64,000 bases of DNA from Syntrophales bacterium (GCA_040767195.1 JAXGPA010000002.1:160001-224000), one strand, 5' to 3'; numbered from the stretch's first letter, positions 17,751 to 27,806 are shown. Made by a program: numbers and translations. Notes: a model not told the origin generated them from the letters alone.

Positions 17751-18966
17751 CGTCAGGATTCTCACGGGAAACGAGGCCGCCGCCATGGGGGTCAAGCTCT
17801 GCCGCCCCGGTGTCGTGGCCGCCTATCCGATCACACCCCAGTCCCAGCTCGCCGAGATCCTCTCCCGCTACGTCGAGGGGGGGGAAATGCGGGCGGAATA
17901 TGTCCGCGTGGAAGGGGAGCATTCGGCCCTCACGGTGTGCATCTCGGCCTCCACCGTCGGCGCCCGGACCTTCACGGCCACCAGCTCCAACGGCCTCCTG
18001 TACATGCACGAACAGCTTCACTGGGCGGCCGGATCCCGGCTTCCCGTGGTCATGTGCGTCGTCAACCGGGGCGTGGGCGCCCCCTGGTCCATCTTCAACG
18101 ACCAGCAGGATTCCCTGGCCCAGCGGGACACGGGGTGGATCCAGTTTTACTGCCGTAACAACCAGGAAATCATCGACACCCTCATCCAGGCCTACCGGAT
18201 CGCCGAGTCCCTGTACATCCCCGTCATGGTGTGTTACGACGGGTTCGTTCTGTCCCACACCATGATGCCCGTGGACATCCCCGACGGGGACATGGTCCGG
18301 GGATTTCTCCCCCCTTACAAAGCCCACACGATCCTGTCGCCCGAGGCGCCCCGGACGATAAACTCGGTCCTGTTCCCCTGGCGGAGGCCCGATCCCGAGG
18401 GGGTTCTCCGGGACGGTTACATGGAAATGCGCTATAAGCTCGAGGCCGCCATGAAAAAGGCCCTGCCGGCGATCCAGGAGGCGAACGACGACTTCGCCCG
18501 GATCTTCGGGCGGGACCACGGCGGGCTCATCTGGACCTACCGGAGCGAAGGCGCGGAATTGCTCTTCTCCGGAATCGGCTCCATCGCCAACGAGGCCACG
18601 GTGGCCGCCGACCTTCTCCGGGACGAGGGAATCCCCGCCGGCGTTCTCGGTGTCCGGGTGTACCGGCCTTTCCCCCGGCAGCGCGTCATCGAGGCGACGC
18701 AGGGAGCCCGGGCCGTCATGGTTCTCCAGAAAGGTACAAGCTACGGATACGAGGGGTGCCTCACGTCGGACTTCAAGGCGTCTCTCTACGAATCAACACT
18801 CCGGGTTCCCGTGGTGGACGTGGTGGCGGGCCTGGGGGGCCGGGACGTGAAAGCCCGGGAAATCGCCGACGCGGGAAAACGGGCCTGGAAGGAACTCGAG
18901 GAGGGAAAACTGAAAAACCACTCCCTCTGGCTCAACTGTTACACGGGAGAAGACGATGCAGAATAA
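17743..18966 (+). CDS. 2-oxoacid:ferredoxin oxidoreductase alpha subunit
   Basis: GNEAAA, AYPITPQS, EGEHSA, FTATSSNGL and DGFVLSHT. Confidence 0.92.
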   Translation: MADVRILTGNEAAAMGVKLCRPGVVAAYPITPQSQLAEILSRYVEGGEMRAEYVRVEGEHSALTVCISASTVGARTFTATSSNGLLYMHEQLHWAAGSRLPVVMCVVNRGVGAPWSIFNDQQDSLAQRDTGWIQFYCRNNQEIIDTLIQAYRIAESLYIPVMVCYDGFVLSHTMMPVDIPDGDMVRGFLPPYKAHTILSPEAPRTINSVLFPWRRPDPEGVLRDGYMEMRYKLEAAMKKALPAIQEANDDFARIFGRDHGGLIWTYRSEGAELLFSGIGSIANEATVAADLLRDEGIPAGVLGVRVYRPFPRQRVIEATQGARAVMVLQKGTSYGYEGCLTSDFKASLYESTLRVPVVDVVAGLGGRDVKAREIADAGKRAWKELEEGKLKNHSLWLNCYTGEDDAE

Positions 18967-19855
18967 CATCTTCAAGATCAACGAAACGGAATACATCCTG
19001 CCGGGAAGCCGGGCCTGCCAGGGCTGCGGCCTGACCCTCGCCTACCGCTACATGCTGAAGGCCCTCCGGGAAAACACCGTCCTCACCATCCCCGCGAGCT
19101 GTCTTTGCGTCCTCCACGGGCTCTACCCCATCACGCCCGTGACGGTGCCCTGCCTGAACACGACCTTCGCCAGCACCGCCGCTTCCGCCTCGGGGATCGC
19201 CGCGGGACTCGCGGCCATGAACAAGTCCGACATCACCGTCGTGGCCATGGCCGGGGACGGCTCCACCTACGACATGGGCATCCAGGCGCTCAGCGGCGCC
19301 GCCGAGCGGAACACGGACTTTATTTACGTCTGTTACGACAACGAGGGGTACATGAACACGGGGACCCAGCGGTCCAGCGCCACGCCCATGGGGGCCCTCA
19401 CGTCGACCACGCCGATTCTCACCAAGGAGCACACGAAAAAAGACTTCGTCCGGATCATGGAAGCCCACGAGCTTCCCTACCTGGCCACGACCTCCCCGTC
19501 GTACCCCATCGACCTCTACGACAAGTTCGTCAAGGCCAAGAGAATCAAGGGAACACGGTACATGCACATCTACTCGCCCTGCCCCCCGGGGTGGCTCTTC
19601 AACACGAAGGACACCATCCGCATCGGCCAGCTCGCCGTGGAGACGGGGATCGTCGTTCTCTTCGAAATAGAGGACGGGAAGTTCCGTTTTACCGGACGAA
19701 GCAAGACCCTGGCGGAACGGGGCAAGAGGCAGCCCGTGGTCAACTACGTTTCCCGCCAGGGCCGCTTCCGCAGGATGAGCATCGAACAGCTGAACCGGCT
19801 CCAGGCCTGGGTGGATTCCCGCTGGGCCGATTATCTCGACCGGGCCGAGAGCTGA
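18956..19855 (+). CDS. 2-oxoacid:ferredoxin oxidoreductase beta (TPP-binding) subunit, VorB-like
   Basis: ACQGCG, IPASC, GDG...DNEGYMNTG TPP motif and SPCPPGW. Confidence 0.92.
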   Translation: MQNNIFKINETEYILPGSRACQGCGLTLAYRYMLKALRENTVLTIPASCLCVLHGLYPITPVTVPCLNTTFASTAASASGIAAGLAAMNKSDITVVAMAGDGSTYDMGIQALSGAAERNTDFIYVCYDNEGYMNTGTQRSSATPMGALTSTTPILTKEHTKKDFVRIMEAHELPYLATTSPSYPIDLYDKFVKAKRIKGTRYMHIYSPCPPGWLFNTKDTIRIGQLAVETGIVVLFEIEDGKFRFTGRSKTLAERGKRQPVVNYVSRQGRFRRMSIEQLNRLQAWVDSRWADYLDRAES

Positions 19856-19859
19856 TTTT

Positions 19860-21164
19860 TCAGCGCTGCTCGAGGATCCGGGCGATGCCCCGGGCGTAGC
19901 GTTCCGAGGCGCCGCGATGCCGGAGGACGGCCTCTTTCCCTTTCTGTCCGTCCGCCAGGAGCTTCCCGGGATTCTCGAGGAGATCGCGGATTTCCCTGCC
20001 CAGGGCGTTTCCGCCGGCCACCGCCCGGCCGGCGCCGGCCTCCTCGAGGATGCGCTTTTCCTCCATGAAGTCCTCCATGGACGGGCCATAAAGAACCACC
20101 TTGCCCCAGGCCGCCGCTTCGAGGATGTTCTGCCCCCCTTTCGGGACGAGGCTCCCGCCGCAGAAAACCACCGTGGCCAGGCCGTATATCTTGAAAAGCT
20201 CGCCGATCACGTCGACGACAATGACCCGTTCCCCCCGCCTTTCCCGGCCGGCCCTCATTTCGGACAGGGTCACCGTGTCGGGGAACCCCTTCTCGCGGAC
20301 TTTCCGGAGAACCGCCTCGCGGCGGTCCGTGTGCCGGGGGACGAGAACCAGGCACAGGTCGTCAAAATCCCGCCGAAGGTCGGCAAAGACATCCAGAACG
20401 ATGTCCTCCTCCCCCTCGTGGGTGCTGCCGGCCACGAACACCCGTTCGCCGGCACCGATCTGAAGGCTTGCGAGGGCCTCATCCCGGAGAGACCGGTCCA
20501 CCCGGGCGGCCAGCCCGTCGTACTTGGCGTTTCCTTCGATGGAAATCTTCTCCGGGGCTCCCCCGAAGGCCCGTATCCTCTCCCCGTCCACGGGGGAGAT
20601 CATTCCCAGCCAGTCCACCGAGGCCAGGACTTCCTTCCAGAAAAAGCGGGATAGGCGGTACCGGTGGAAGGACCGGGGGGAAATCCGGCCGTTCACCAGG
20701 ACCACGGGTATCTTAAGCCGCCGGCACCGGTCGATGAGGTTGGGCCAGAATTCCGATTCGAGAAGGACGAAGACGTCGGGTCGGACATATCCCAGGATTT
20801 TCCTCACGACCCAGGGAAGGTCCAGGGGGTAATAGAAAAGGAGATCCGCCTTTCCGGCCACCCGCCGGGCCATTTCCTGCCCCGTCTCGGTGCTCGTGGA
20901 CAGGGCGATGGCGGCACGGGGAAAGCGCCTGCGAAGGGCTTCGATGACGGGCGCCGCCGCCGTCACCTCCCCCACCGACACGGCGTGGACCCAGATCCGG
21001 GGGGTCCCTTCAAGAACATCGAAACCCGCCGGGGCGACCCGCCCCAGTTTCCCGCCGATGCTCTTCCGGTACTTTCCCGTGAGGAGAATCCTGAACCCGT
21101 AAAAAGGCCCCAGAACGACGGCCGAAAGACCGAGAAGAATGTTGTACGGTATGCGGTATTTCAA
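19860..21164 (-). CDS. waaA: 3-deoxy-D-manno-octulosonic acid (Kdo) transferase
   Basis: IWVHAVSVGE, AGSTHEGEE, LVPRH and GGSLVPKGGQNILE. Probable TTG start at 21164; the ORF track extends to 21242. Confidence 0.92.
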   Translation of the reverse strand: MKYRIPYNILLGLSAVVLGPFYGFRILLTGKYRKSIGGKLGRVAPAGFDVLEGTPRIWVHAVSVGEVTAAAPVIEALRRRFPRAAIALSTSTETGQEMARRVAGKADLLFYYPLDLPWVVRKILGYVRPDVFVLLESEFWPNLIDRCRRLKIPVVLVNGRISPRSFHRYRLSRFFWKEVLASVDWLGMISPVDGERIRAFGGAPEKISIEGNAKYDGLAARVDRSLRDEALASLQIGAGERVFVAGSTHEGEEDIVLDVFADLRRDFDDLCLVLVPRHTDRREAVLRKVREKGFPDTVTLSEMRAGRERRGERVIVVDVIGELFKIYGLATVVFCGGSLVPKGGQNILEAAAWGKVVLYGPSMEDFMEEKRILEEAGAGRAVAGGNALGREIRDLLENPGKLLADGQKGKEAVLRHRGASERYARGIARILEQR

Positions 21165-21261
21165 GCCCCTTCTCCCGACGGTGTCCTGCGGAGTGACGAC
21201 AGGGGCCGTGCCCCGCCGGGCCCTCCCCCTGTTCTTTGACAACCGGTAAGGCTATGTGCCG

Positions 21262-22506
21262 TTATTCGTAATACGCCTCAGGAATGACATTTTCAATGAG
21301 GGTGTCGTTAAACTGGGCCAGGGGGCCGTCATACTTGGGAGGCGCGAGGTCTCCCGTAAGTTTGCCCGTGTACCAGGGATACTCGGGAACCTTGGCGTAG
21401 GACTCCGAAATAGAGCCGTTCCTGTTGAGCGTGAGGACCAGAAGATCCTGGGCGATGATGACAGGACCCCTGTAAAAGTCGCGGATGTCGTCCATGGCGG
21501 GACCGACGAGATCCGGATCGTTCGGGAAGTGCGTGGCCACCGCCAGCCTGGGGTTTGTCTGGCTGAGGACATAGCCGAACGCTCTCTGCACGGTGTGGGA
21601 ATTCTCGATCACTTCCTTGTTCAATGACAGGAGGTAATCATAGGTCTCCCCTTCGGTGAGCCCCGTCTGCTTGGTTGTCCAGACCTCAGGGGGCGTGGTC
21701 ATCTCATGGATCAGAACGTCCACCCCTTTTGCGTGCTCGAGGACGAAGTTGTTGGGCTTCGTGTCCCCGGTAAAAACCATGGACAGCCCGTTCCACTCGA
21801 GCTTGTAGCTGATGGAGCCGTTACGGGCATGTATGGCCGGAAAATGGGTGATTGTCACGCCGTTGTTGTCATAGGCGAGACCGGGGTTATCCATGTATGG
21901 CAACTCATGGGCTGTGAGATCGTAACCGTCTCCGCCCTCCGTGTAGCCCGTCGGCAGAAAACTGAAGCTTTCCCTGTGCCACTTGGTCAGCTCCAGCAAT
22001 TTCTGGCAGAAAAACGCCGTCCCCTCGTTTTCCGTGTCCCCCGTCGGGCCCCACACATGAAGGGGGCTTTTGCGGTCACTCGAGGGGCCGAAACAGTAAA
22101 TGGTAACGAGATCACTCATGTGATCCCCGTGCAGATGGGTCAGGAAGATCTTGTCCATCCGGCTGTAGGTCACCCCCATGGCCACGTATCGGGACACCAC
22201 GCCGGATCCGCAGTCAAAGACGAAGGCATCGCCGTTTCCCAGTTCGACGAAGATGCTGTTGCAGGCCTGGTTGGGCCGGGGCGTATACCAGGTTCCCAAG
22301 AATGAGATACGCATTTCGTCCGGGCCGGGGGGCACATAGAGGGGGCCATGGTCCGGGCTGGTATCCGTCGATGCCGCGGCGACACTGTCATGACTGTCGC
22401 AGCCCGCGACCCCACCCAGAGCAAGGCCGCCCAACGCCGCTCCCGACGTCTTCAGGAAACCCCGCCGGGTCAGTTCCGCGAATTCTGTCTTCCTGGACTT
22501 CTTCAT
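21262..22506 (-). CDS. Tat-exported (lipo)protein, metallo-beta-lactamase fold of the RNase Z/arylsulfatase group
   Basis: TRRGFLK Tat motif, VAGC lipobox, FDCGSG, THLHGDH, FTGDT, LIHE and SHT motifs. Confidence 0.85.
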   Translation of the reverse strand: MKKSRKTEFAELTRRGFLKTSGAALGGLALGGVAGCDSHDSVAAASTDTSPDHGPLYVPPGPDEMRISFLGTWYTPRPNQACNSIFVELGNGDAFVFDCGSGVVSRYVAMGVTYSRMDKIFLTHLHGDHMSDLVTIYCFGPSSDRKSPLHVWGPTGDTENEGTAFFCQKLLELTKWHRESFSFLPTGYTEGGDGYDLTAHELPYMDNPGLAYDNNGVTITHFPAIHARNGSISYKLEWNGLSMVFTGDTKPNNFVLEHAKGVDVLIHEMTTPPEVWTTKQTGLTEGETYDYLLSLNKEVIENSHTVQRAFGYVLSQTNPRLAVATHFPNDPDLVGPAMDDIRDFYRGPVIIAQDLLVLTLNRNGSISESYAKVPEYPWYTGKLTGDLAPPKYDGPLAQFNDTLIENVIPEAYYE

Positions 22507-23034
22507 AATCTTCTCTCCTGACCTCCGTCGTTCTCTTCAGTCGATAATAAGGCATTCATATCCTGCTCATCGTCCGGGCCATTTCAATAAGGGTAAAAAC
22601 CCGACATGAAGGCACCGGGGAAGATCTGTTTCACGCCAAGGCGGACTCATCGATAACCGACAGATCCTGCCTGGTGTTTCGCTCCCGCGAGGGCCATGGT
22701 TGCCGGTTTGGTTTCTGAGTCTATAGCATATTTAGTGGTCGACTGAACAATTTTTCCTGCAAGAAGCAGAATATACACCGTGGAGAAACCTGTTCCCGGT
22801 TCTTCAACGTGACCCAGGATTATAAAAGGTAGTAACTCGAAATCCGGACGGATGCCGAAGTGGAATCGCAGGGGTACTCAATAATTCAGACGACATCTGT
22901 CCTGATATTGCCTGCCAAGTCAAATCTGAGTTTATATAAACACATGATTGTTCTCGGAAGACAAGCTGAAGAGATGTTGACAGTCCCGGCACGGGTGGTG
23001 TAGTTTTAAGAGAAAAAAAGAGAAAAATCCGATC

Positions 23035-23796
23035 ATGACGAAAACAGTGAAGCCATGGGCCGGGGTAATCCTGGCGGTTGTCGTCGTTCTTTTTTCCCTG
23101 GGGGGATGCACCCCCTACGAGCGGAAAGTGGTCCCCTTCAAGATGCCGGCGGCCTACCCCAACGCCACGGAAGCGGCCGGGGCCACCCTCGCCTCGGTGG
23201 CCTACGACGAAACGGGGAAAGCTTCGGAAGCCTTCGGTTTCGACATCCTGAGCGCCGGGGTCGTTCCCGTCCAGGTGATCTTCGACAACCGGGGAAGCCA
23301 CCCCCTGGAGATCGTGCCGAAAACGACCTTCCTGGTGGACGAGGAAAACAACCTGTGGCCGATCCTCGACGCCGGGCTGGCCTATGACCGCATATCCAGG
23401 AAGACGGAACTGGGCAAGGTGGCCCCCGAGTCGGCCAAATCGGGATTTCTCGCCGGAACGGCGGGGGCCCTCATCGGGGCGGCCATCGGCATTGTCACGG
23501 GCCACAACGTGGGTGACGCGGTCCTGAAGGGCGCCGCCGTCGGCGCGGCGGCGGGAGCCACGGTGGGCGGGGCGGCGGCCCTGGACAACAGCGACGTCCG
23601 GCGCCAGATCCGGGAGGACCTGGCGAACCGCTCCCTGGAGACGCGGGCGGTGGCCCCGGGCGAGATCGCTTACGGGTTCCTGTTCTTCCCCGGGGAATCG
23701 AAAAAAGCGAAGGAGCTCCGCCTCACTCTCAGGGAGGGGGACACAGGAACCGTCGTTCCCCTCGTTCTCGACCTGGATCGGAGGGAAAAGCCATGA
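23035..23796 (+). CDS. Hypothetical lipoprotein with glycine-zipper segment
   Basis: LGGC lipobox, GxxxG repeats (GALIGAAIG...GAAVGAAAG), and overlap with the rpe start (ATGA). Confidence 0.8.
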   Translation: MTKTVKPWAGVILAVVVVLFSLGGCTPYERKVVPFKMPAAYPNATEAAGATLASVAYDETGKASEAFGFDILSAGVVPVQVIFDNRGSHPLEIVPKTTFLVDEENNLWPILDAGLAYDRISRKTELGKVAPESAKSGFLAGTAGALIGAAIGIVTGHNVGDAVLKGAAVGAAAGATVGGAAALDNSDVRRQIREDLANRSLETRAVAPGEIAYGFLFFPGESKKAKELRLTLREGDTGTVVPLVLDLDRREKP

Positions 23797-24461
23797 CGGG
23801 ACGTATCGCCGCCTCCATTCTCTCGGCCGACTTCAGCCGTCTCGGCGATGAAATCCGCGATGTCGTGGCGGCCGGAGCCGACTGGATTCACGTGGATGTC
23901 ATGGACGGCCGGTTCGTCCCCAACATCACCATCGGCCCCCCCGTGATCCGATCCATCCGGAAAGCGACGGAACGGTTTTTCGACGTTCACCTCATGATCG
24001 ATGCCCCGGAGCGGTTTATCGGCGATTTCGCGAAGGCGGGGAGCGATCTCATCACCGTCCACGGGGAAGGGGCGATCCACCTCCACCGGACCGTCTCCCT
24101 CATCCGGGAGGCGGGGTGCCAGGCGGGGGTCTCGCTGAATCCGGCCACGCCTTTCAGCCTCGTGGAGCCCATCCTCCCGGACGTGGACCTTCTCCTCATC
24201 ATGTCCGTGAACCCCGGGTTCGGCGGGCAGAAATTCATCGACGCGAGCCTCGCCAAGATACGCCAGGCGCGGGAGTACATCGACGCCCGGAAGCTTTCCG
24301 TTCTCATCGAGGTGGACGGGGGCATCGACCTGACGAACCTGAAACGGGTCCGGGATGCCGGGGCCGATGTGGTCGTTTCCGGTTCGGCCATCTTCGGGAA
24401 CCCGCCTTACGGCGAGGTTATCGGAAAGATGCGAGGCATCCTCGACAGCCCGCCCCTATAG
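23793..24461 (+). CDS. rpe: Ribulose-phosphate 3-epimerase
   Basis: SILSADF, HVDVMDGRFVPN, MSVNPGFGGQ and EVDGG. Confidence 0.95.
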   Translation: MTGRIAASILSADFSRLGDEIRDVVAAGADWIHVDVMDGRFVPNITIGPPVIRSIRKATERFFDVHLMIDAPERFIGDFAKAGSDLITVHGEGAIHLHRTVSLIREAGCQAGVSLNPATPFSLVEPILPDVDLLLIMSVNPGFGGQKFIDASLAKIRQAREYIDARKLSVLIEVDGGIDLTNLKRVRDAGADVVVSGSAIFGNPPYGEVIGKMRGILDSPPL

Positions 24462-25487
24462 GGATTTCCCGGGGATGTTCTCCCGCCTGATCCGCTTCAG
24501 AAACCGGGCGACCAGGAGATCGACGGCGGTGCGGTAATCTTTTGCCAGGGGGTGGGACAGGGAAACCTTCCCGGCGGCGGCCATGTGATGTCCTCCCCCG
24601 GACCCGATTTTCGCCACCATTTTCTGGACGATCCAGTCCGAGTGCCCCCGGGGGTTGGCCGTCCTCAGGGAGAAATAGACCTCCCCGTTGTACTCCCCGA
24701 TGCTCAGCGCCCACCGGACCCCCTCCACGCGGACGAGAAGATCGGACATTTCCGCCAGGACGTCGGGGTTCTCGATGAATCCCAGTTCGCAGACCAGGGC
24801 GTCCTTGTAAATCACCGAGTTGTCGATGGCCTTTTCAAAGGTCTTGAAGTAGTCCCGGGGCAACTGGGGGTGTTCGATTTTCGAAAGGGTTTTGAACAGC
24901 ACCCGGGGATACAGAAAAACGAACGCTTCCCGGTCTTTCCCGCTGGCCCCCCTTCCCAGGTCCCGGGTGTCCGACTTTATCCCGTAAAAAAGGGCCGTGA
25001 TGATGCGACGGTCGATTCCCGGGATGTCCGCCTCCTTCAGGTATTCCGTCAGGATGGTGGACGTGCTCCCGTAGTCCGTCCGGATGTCGGAGAACTTGAC
25101 CCGGCGGGTCCGGGCCCGCACCGGCTCGTGGTGATCGATGACAATGGTCGGCTGGACGCCCCGGGGGAGGGAGTTGTTTCCCGCGCCGGGCTGGGTGTCC
25201 ACGAGGGCCAGGACAGGATACTGCTTGAAATTGACCTCCGACAGGGGCTTGATGTCCAGTTTCAGGTACCGGATCATGGCCTGGTTTTCCGAGCGCCCGA
25301 CAATGCCCCCGTAGGTGACGGTGGAAGGAACCCCCCATTTTTCGCGGAACAGGTACTTGAGCGCCGCCGCCGAGGCCAGCGCATCAGGGTCGGGATTGTT
25401 GTGAAGGGCGATGAGAACCTGCTTTTTCCCCTCGACGATTTTCTGCAGCTTGGCGAGGGGGGACTTGCCCTCTTCCGGTCCTTCCAT
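24456..25487 (-). CDS. DHH-family phosphoesterase
   Basis: HNNPDPDALASA, IDHH, GIKSDT and GGGH...AAG. Start MEGP at 25487 after GGAGG. Confidence 0.88.
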   Translation of the reverse strand: MEGPEEGKSPLAKLQKIVEGKKQVLIALHNNPDPDALASAAALKYLFREKWGVPSTVTYGGIVGRSENQAMIRYLKLDIKPLSEVNFKQYPVLALVDTQPGAGNNSLPRGVQPTIVIDHHEPVRARTRRVKFSDIRTDYGSTSTILTEYLKEADIPGIDRRIITALFYGIKSDTRDLGRGASGKDREAFVFLYPRVLFKTLSKIEHPQLPRDYFKTFEKAIDNSVIYKDALVCELGFIENPDVLAEMSDLLVRVEGVRWALSIGEYNGEVYFSLRTANPRGHSDWIVQKMVAKIGSGGGHHMAAAGKVSLSHPLAKDYRTAVDLLVARFLKRIRRENIPGKSL

Positions 25488-25641
25488 GGCTCTTCCTCCT
25501 TCCATCGCCGCCGCGCGGCGCGGTCCTTGCCCGCCCCGGGAGAAACGCCGGGGAAAGGTGCCGGTCATTCTCGACGCCCACTTCCCCCCGGGGATATCCT
25601 GATTTTTTACCATAATACGATTCGCCGCGTCTTTCAACCAT

Positions 25642-25693
25642 TGACGACTTTGTAAAAAGATCCATAGGCTGTGTTGCCCTTCATCCCCCGTCA
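25642..25693 (-). repeat. Partial inverted copy of the MITE-like element at 34995-35121
   Basis: Matches the reverse complement of 35071-35121 with 3 mismatches and 1 indel over about 51 nt. Confidence 0.8.
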
Positions 25694-25743
25694 TGAACAG
25701 GAAAGGGGGACAGGTTTCAAATCTGTCCCCCTTTCCTGTTCAT
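25693..25743. repeat. Perfect 21-bp inverted repeat (REP-like hairpin)
   Basis: ATGAACAGGAAAGGGGGACAG-(9 nt)-CTGTCCCCCTTTCCTGTTCAT. Confidence 0.85.
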
Positions 25744-25869
25744 TCATCGGGATTTGGGCGCCTTGCGCCGCCTGGAAGGGCCCCTGTCCGGGTCTTTTCC
25801 CCCTTTACCATTGATTTCATGATCGCAAACCTTTATGAAAAGGGAAAACGCCTTCGAGAAAAAGAGCCG

Positions 25870-26406
25870 ATGCATCTCATCATCGACGGGTACAATCTGA
25901 TCCGCCAGTCCGACGGCCTTCGGGAAAAAGAGCGCCGGAGCCTCGAGGAGGGCCGGAAGGCCCTTCTTCGCCTGCTCGCCTTCTATCGCCGGGCCAAGCG
26001 CTGCAAGGTCACCGTCGTTTTCGACGGCTGGCAGGACGGCATGGGTCCCGAGGAACGGGACCGTCACGAGGGGATCACGGTGATCTACTCCCGGAGAGGG
26101 GAAAAGGCGGACGACGTGATCATCCGCCTCGCCGAAAAGAAAGGCGAAGACATGGTGGTCGTCACGTCCGACCGGTCGGTGGCGAAGGCGGCCGAATCCC
26201 GGGGGCACACGGCGGTGTCGTCGCCCGATTTCGCCGCCCGTCTGTTCATGGCTCATGAGCAAAACGATCGTGACGGGCTTCCCCCGGAAGAGGAGGACGA
26301 ACAGGAAGGGGCCGGAGCGACTCCATGGGGAACGAAGAAGAAAGGCCCCTCCCGGCGGCTTTCGAAAAAAGAGAAACAGTACCGGGCGAGGCTGAAAAAG
26401 CTCTGA
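25870..26406 (+). CDS. YacP-like NYN domain protein (putative RNase)
   Basis: LIIDGYNLI, VVFDG, ADDVI and VVTSDR. Confidence 0.85.
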   Translation: MHLIIDGYNLIRQSDGLREKERRSLEEGRKALLRLLAFYRRAKRCKVTVVFDGWQDGMGPEERDRHEGITVIYSRRGEKADDVIIRLAEKKGEDMVVVTSDRSVAKAAESRGHTAVSSPDFAARLFMAHEQNDRDGLPPEEEDEQEGAGATPWGTKKKGPSRRLSKKEKQYRARLKKL

Positions 26407-26490
26407 ACCGGAAAACGGCCCTTCCCCGCTACCCCCAACCCGTGCCCCCTCCCATGGGAGGCGTGAAAAAACACCAGGGAGAATACCCCT

Positions 26491-27681
26491 ATGACAGTCC
26501 GATTCCCGAAGGCGGCTCATTCCGCGGCTCTCGCCCGCCGTTTCCGGGGACTGGCCTCCGTCGCCCTTGCCGTTTTCTGGCTTTCCGCTTACGGGCCGGC
26601 GTGGGGGGACCCCCCGCCGGCCGGGAACACGCTCTGCGGCCTGCCGGCCCTGGAAAACATCCTCTCCCGCTACGAGCGGATCGCCGCCGGGGGCGGCTGG
26701 CCCCGGGTCCCCGACGGCCCCACGCTCCGTGAGGGAGACCGGAACGACCGCGTTCTGTTTCTGAAACGCCGTCTCGCGGCGGCAGGCGACATGGCGGAGA
26801 CAGAGGCCCGGGGAAACCGCTTCGACGGGCCCCTGAAGGAGGCCGTGCAGAGATTTCAGTCCCGCCACGGCCTCGAGGCGGACGGCCTGGTCGGGACCAG
26901 GACCCTGAGAGAGCTCAACACGCCCGTCGATGACCGGATCCGGCAGCTCACCGGCAACATGGAACGGTGCCGGCTCCTTCCGGTCCTGGAGGATCGGCGC
27001 CACATCGTCGTGAACATCGCCGACTTCACCCTCAAGCTTTACGAGGAAGGGACCCTCCGGCTCTTCATGCCCGTCATCGTCGGCACGACGTACCGGCAGA
27101 CCCCGGTGGTGAGCGGCCGGATCGCTTCCCTGGTTCTCAATCCCGAGTGGAATGTCCCCTTGAGCATCGCCACGGAGGACATGCTCCCCAGGATCAAAAA
27201 AGACCCCGGTTACCTGGCGCGGCAGGGCCTCCGGGTCCTGCAGGACTGGAAGACCGGAGAGGAGCTCGACCCGGCCGCCATCGACTGGGCCGGTCTTTCC
27301 CCGGAAGACTTCCCCTACTGGCTCCGCCAGGACCCCGGGCCGCAAAATGCCCTCGGCCGGGTTAAGTTCCTCTTTCCCAACCCCCATTACCTGTTCCTTC
27401 ACGACACCCCGGCGCGGGAGCAGTTCGATAAAAACGAACGTCTCTTCAGCTCCGGCTGCATCCGGCTGGCGAGGCCCCTGGGGCTTGCCGTCTACCTGCT
27501 CCAGGGCACGACCCTGGGTTCCATGGAGGCCCTCGCCGCCGCCATCGAGGAAGGGGAAACGGTGACCGTGGACATCCCGTCGCCCATGGCCATTTACATC
27601 GTCTACCTGACCGCCTGGGTCGATCCCGGGGGAACCGTTCAGTTTCGGAACGACGTGTACAACCGGGACGGCGACCCCTGA
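26491..27681 (+). CDS. L,D-transpeptidase, YcbB/LdtD family, with peptidoglycan-binding domain
   Basis: FQSRHGLEADGLVG PG-binding motif, VNIADF, RQDPGPQNALGRVKF and LHDTP...SSGCIRL. Confidence 0.9.
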   Translation: MTVRFPKAAHSAALARRFRGLASVALAVFWLSAYGPAWGDPPPAGNTLCGLPALENILSRYERIAAGGGWPRVPDGPTLREGDRNDRVLFLKRRLAAAGDMAETEARGNRFDGPLKEAVQRFQSRHGLEADGLVGTRTLRELNTPVDDRIRQLTGNMERCRLLPVLEDRRHIVVNIADFTLKLYEEGTLRLFMPVIVGTTYRQTPVVSGRIASLVLNPEWNVPLSIATEDMLPRIKKDPGYLARQGLRVLQDWKTGEELDPAAIDWAGLSPEDFPYWLRQDPGPQNALGRVKFLFPNPHYLFLHDTPAREQFDKNERLFSSGCIRLARPLGLAVYLLQGTTLGSMEALAAAIEEGETVTVDIPSPMAIYIVYLTAWVDPGGTVQFRNDVYNRDGDP

Positions 27682-27733
27682 CGCCGCCCCGGGAACGGCG
27701 CTCCCGGCCCGGCATTGACGAAACATTTAGATG

Positions 27734-27762
27734 TTGACGCCACCCCGGTCTTTCCCTATACT
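27734..27762 (+). promoter_or_regulatory. Sigma70 promoter for asd
   Basis: TTGACG-17 nt-TATACT. Confidence 0.55.
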
Positions 27763-27806
27763 TTTTCGCTGACATGGGACCAAAGAAAGGAGCCGAAAAG
27801 GGAATC

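Noticed and set aside
22510..23030. Lower-GC intergenic gap checked for a riboswitch or gene remnant
   Set aside because: No recognisable riboswitch core or protein motif. Only a promoter-like TTGACA near 22977 was seen.
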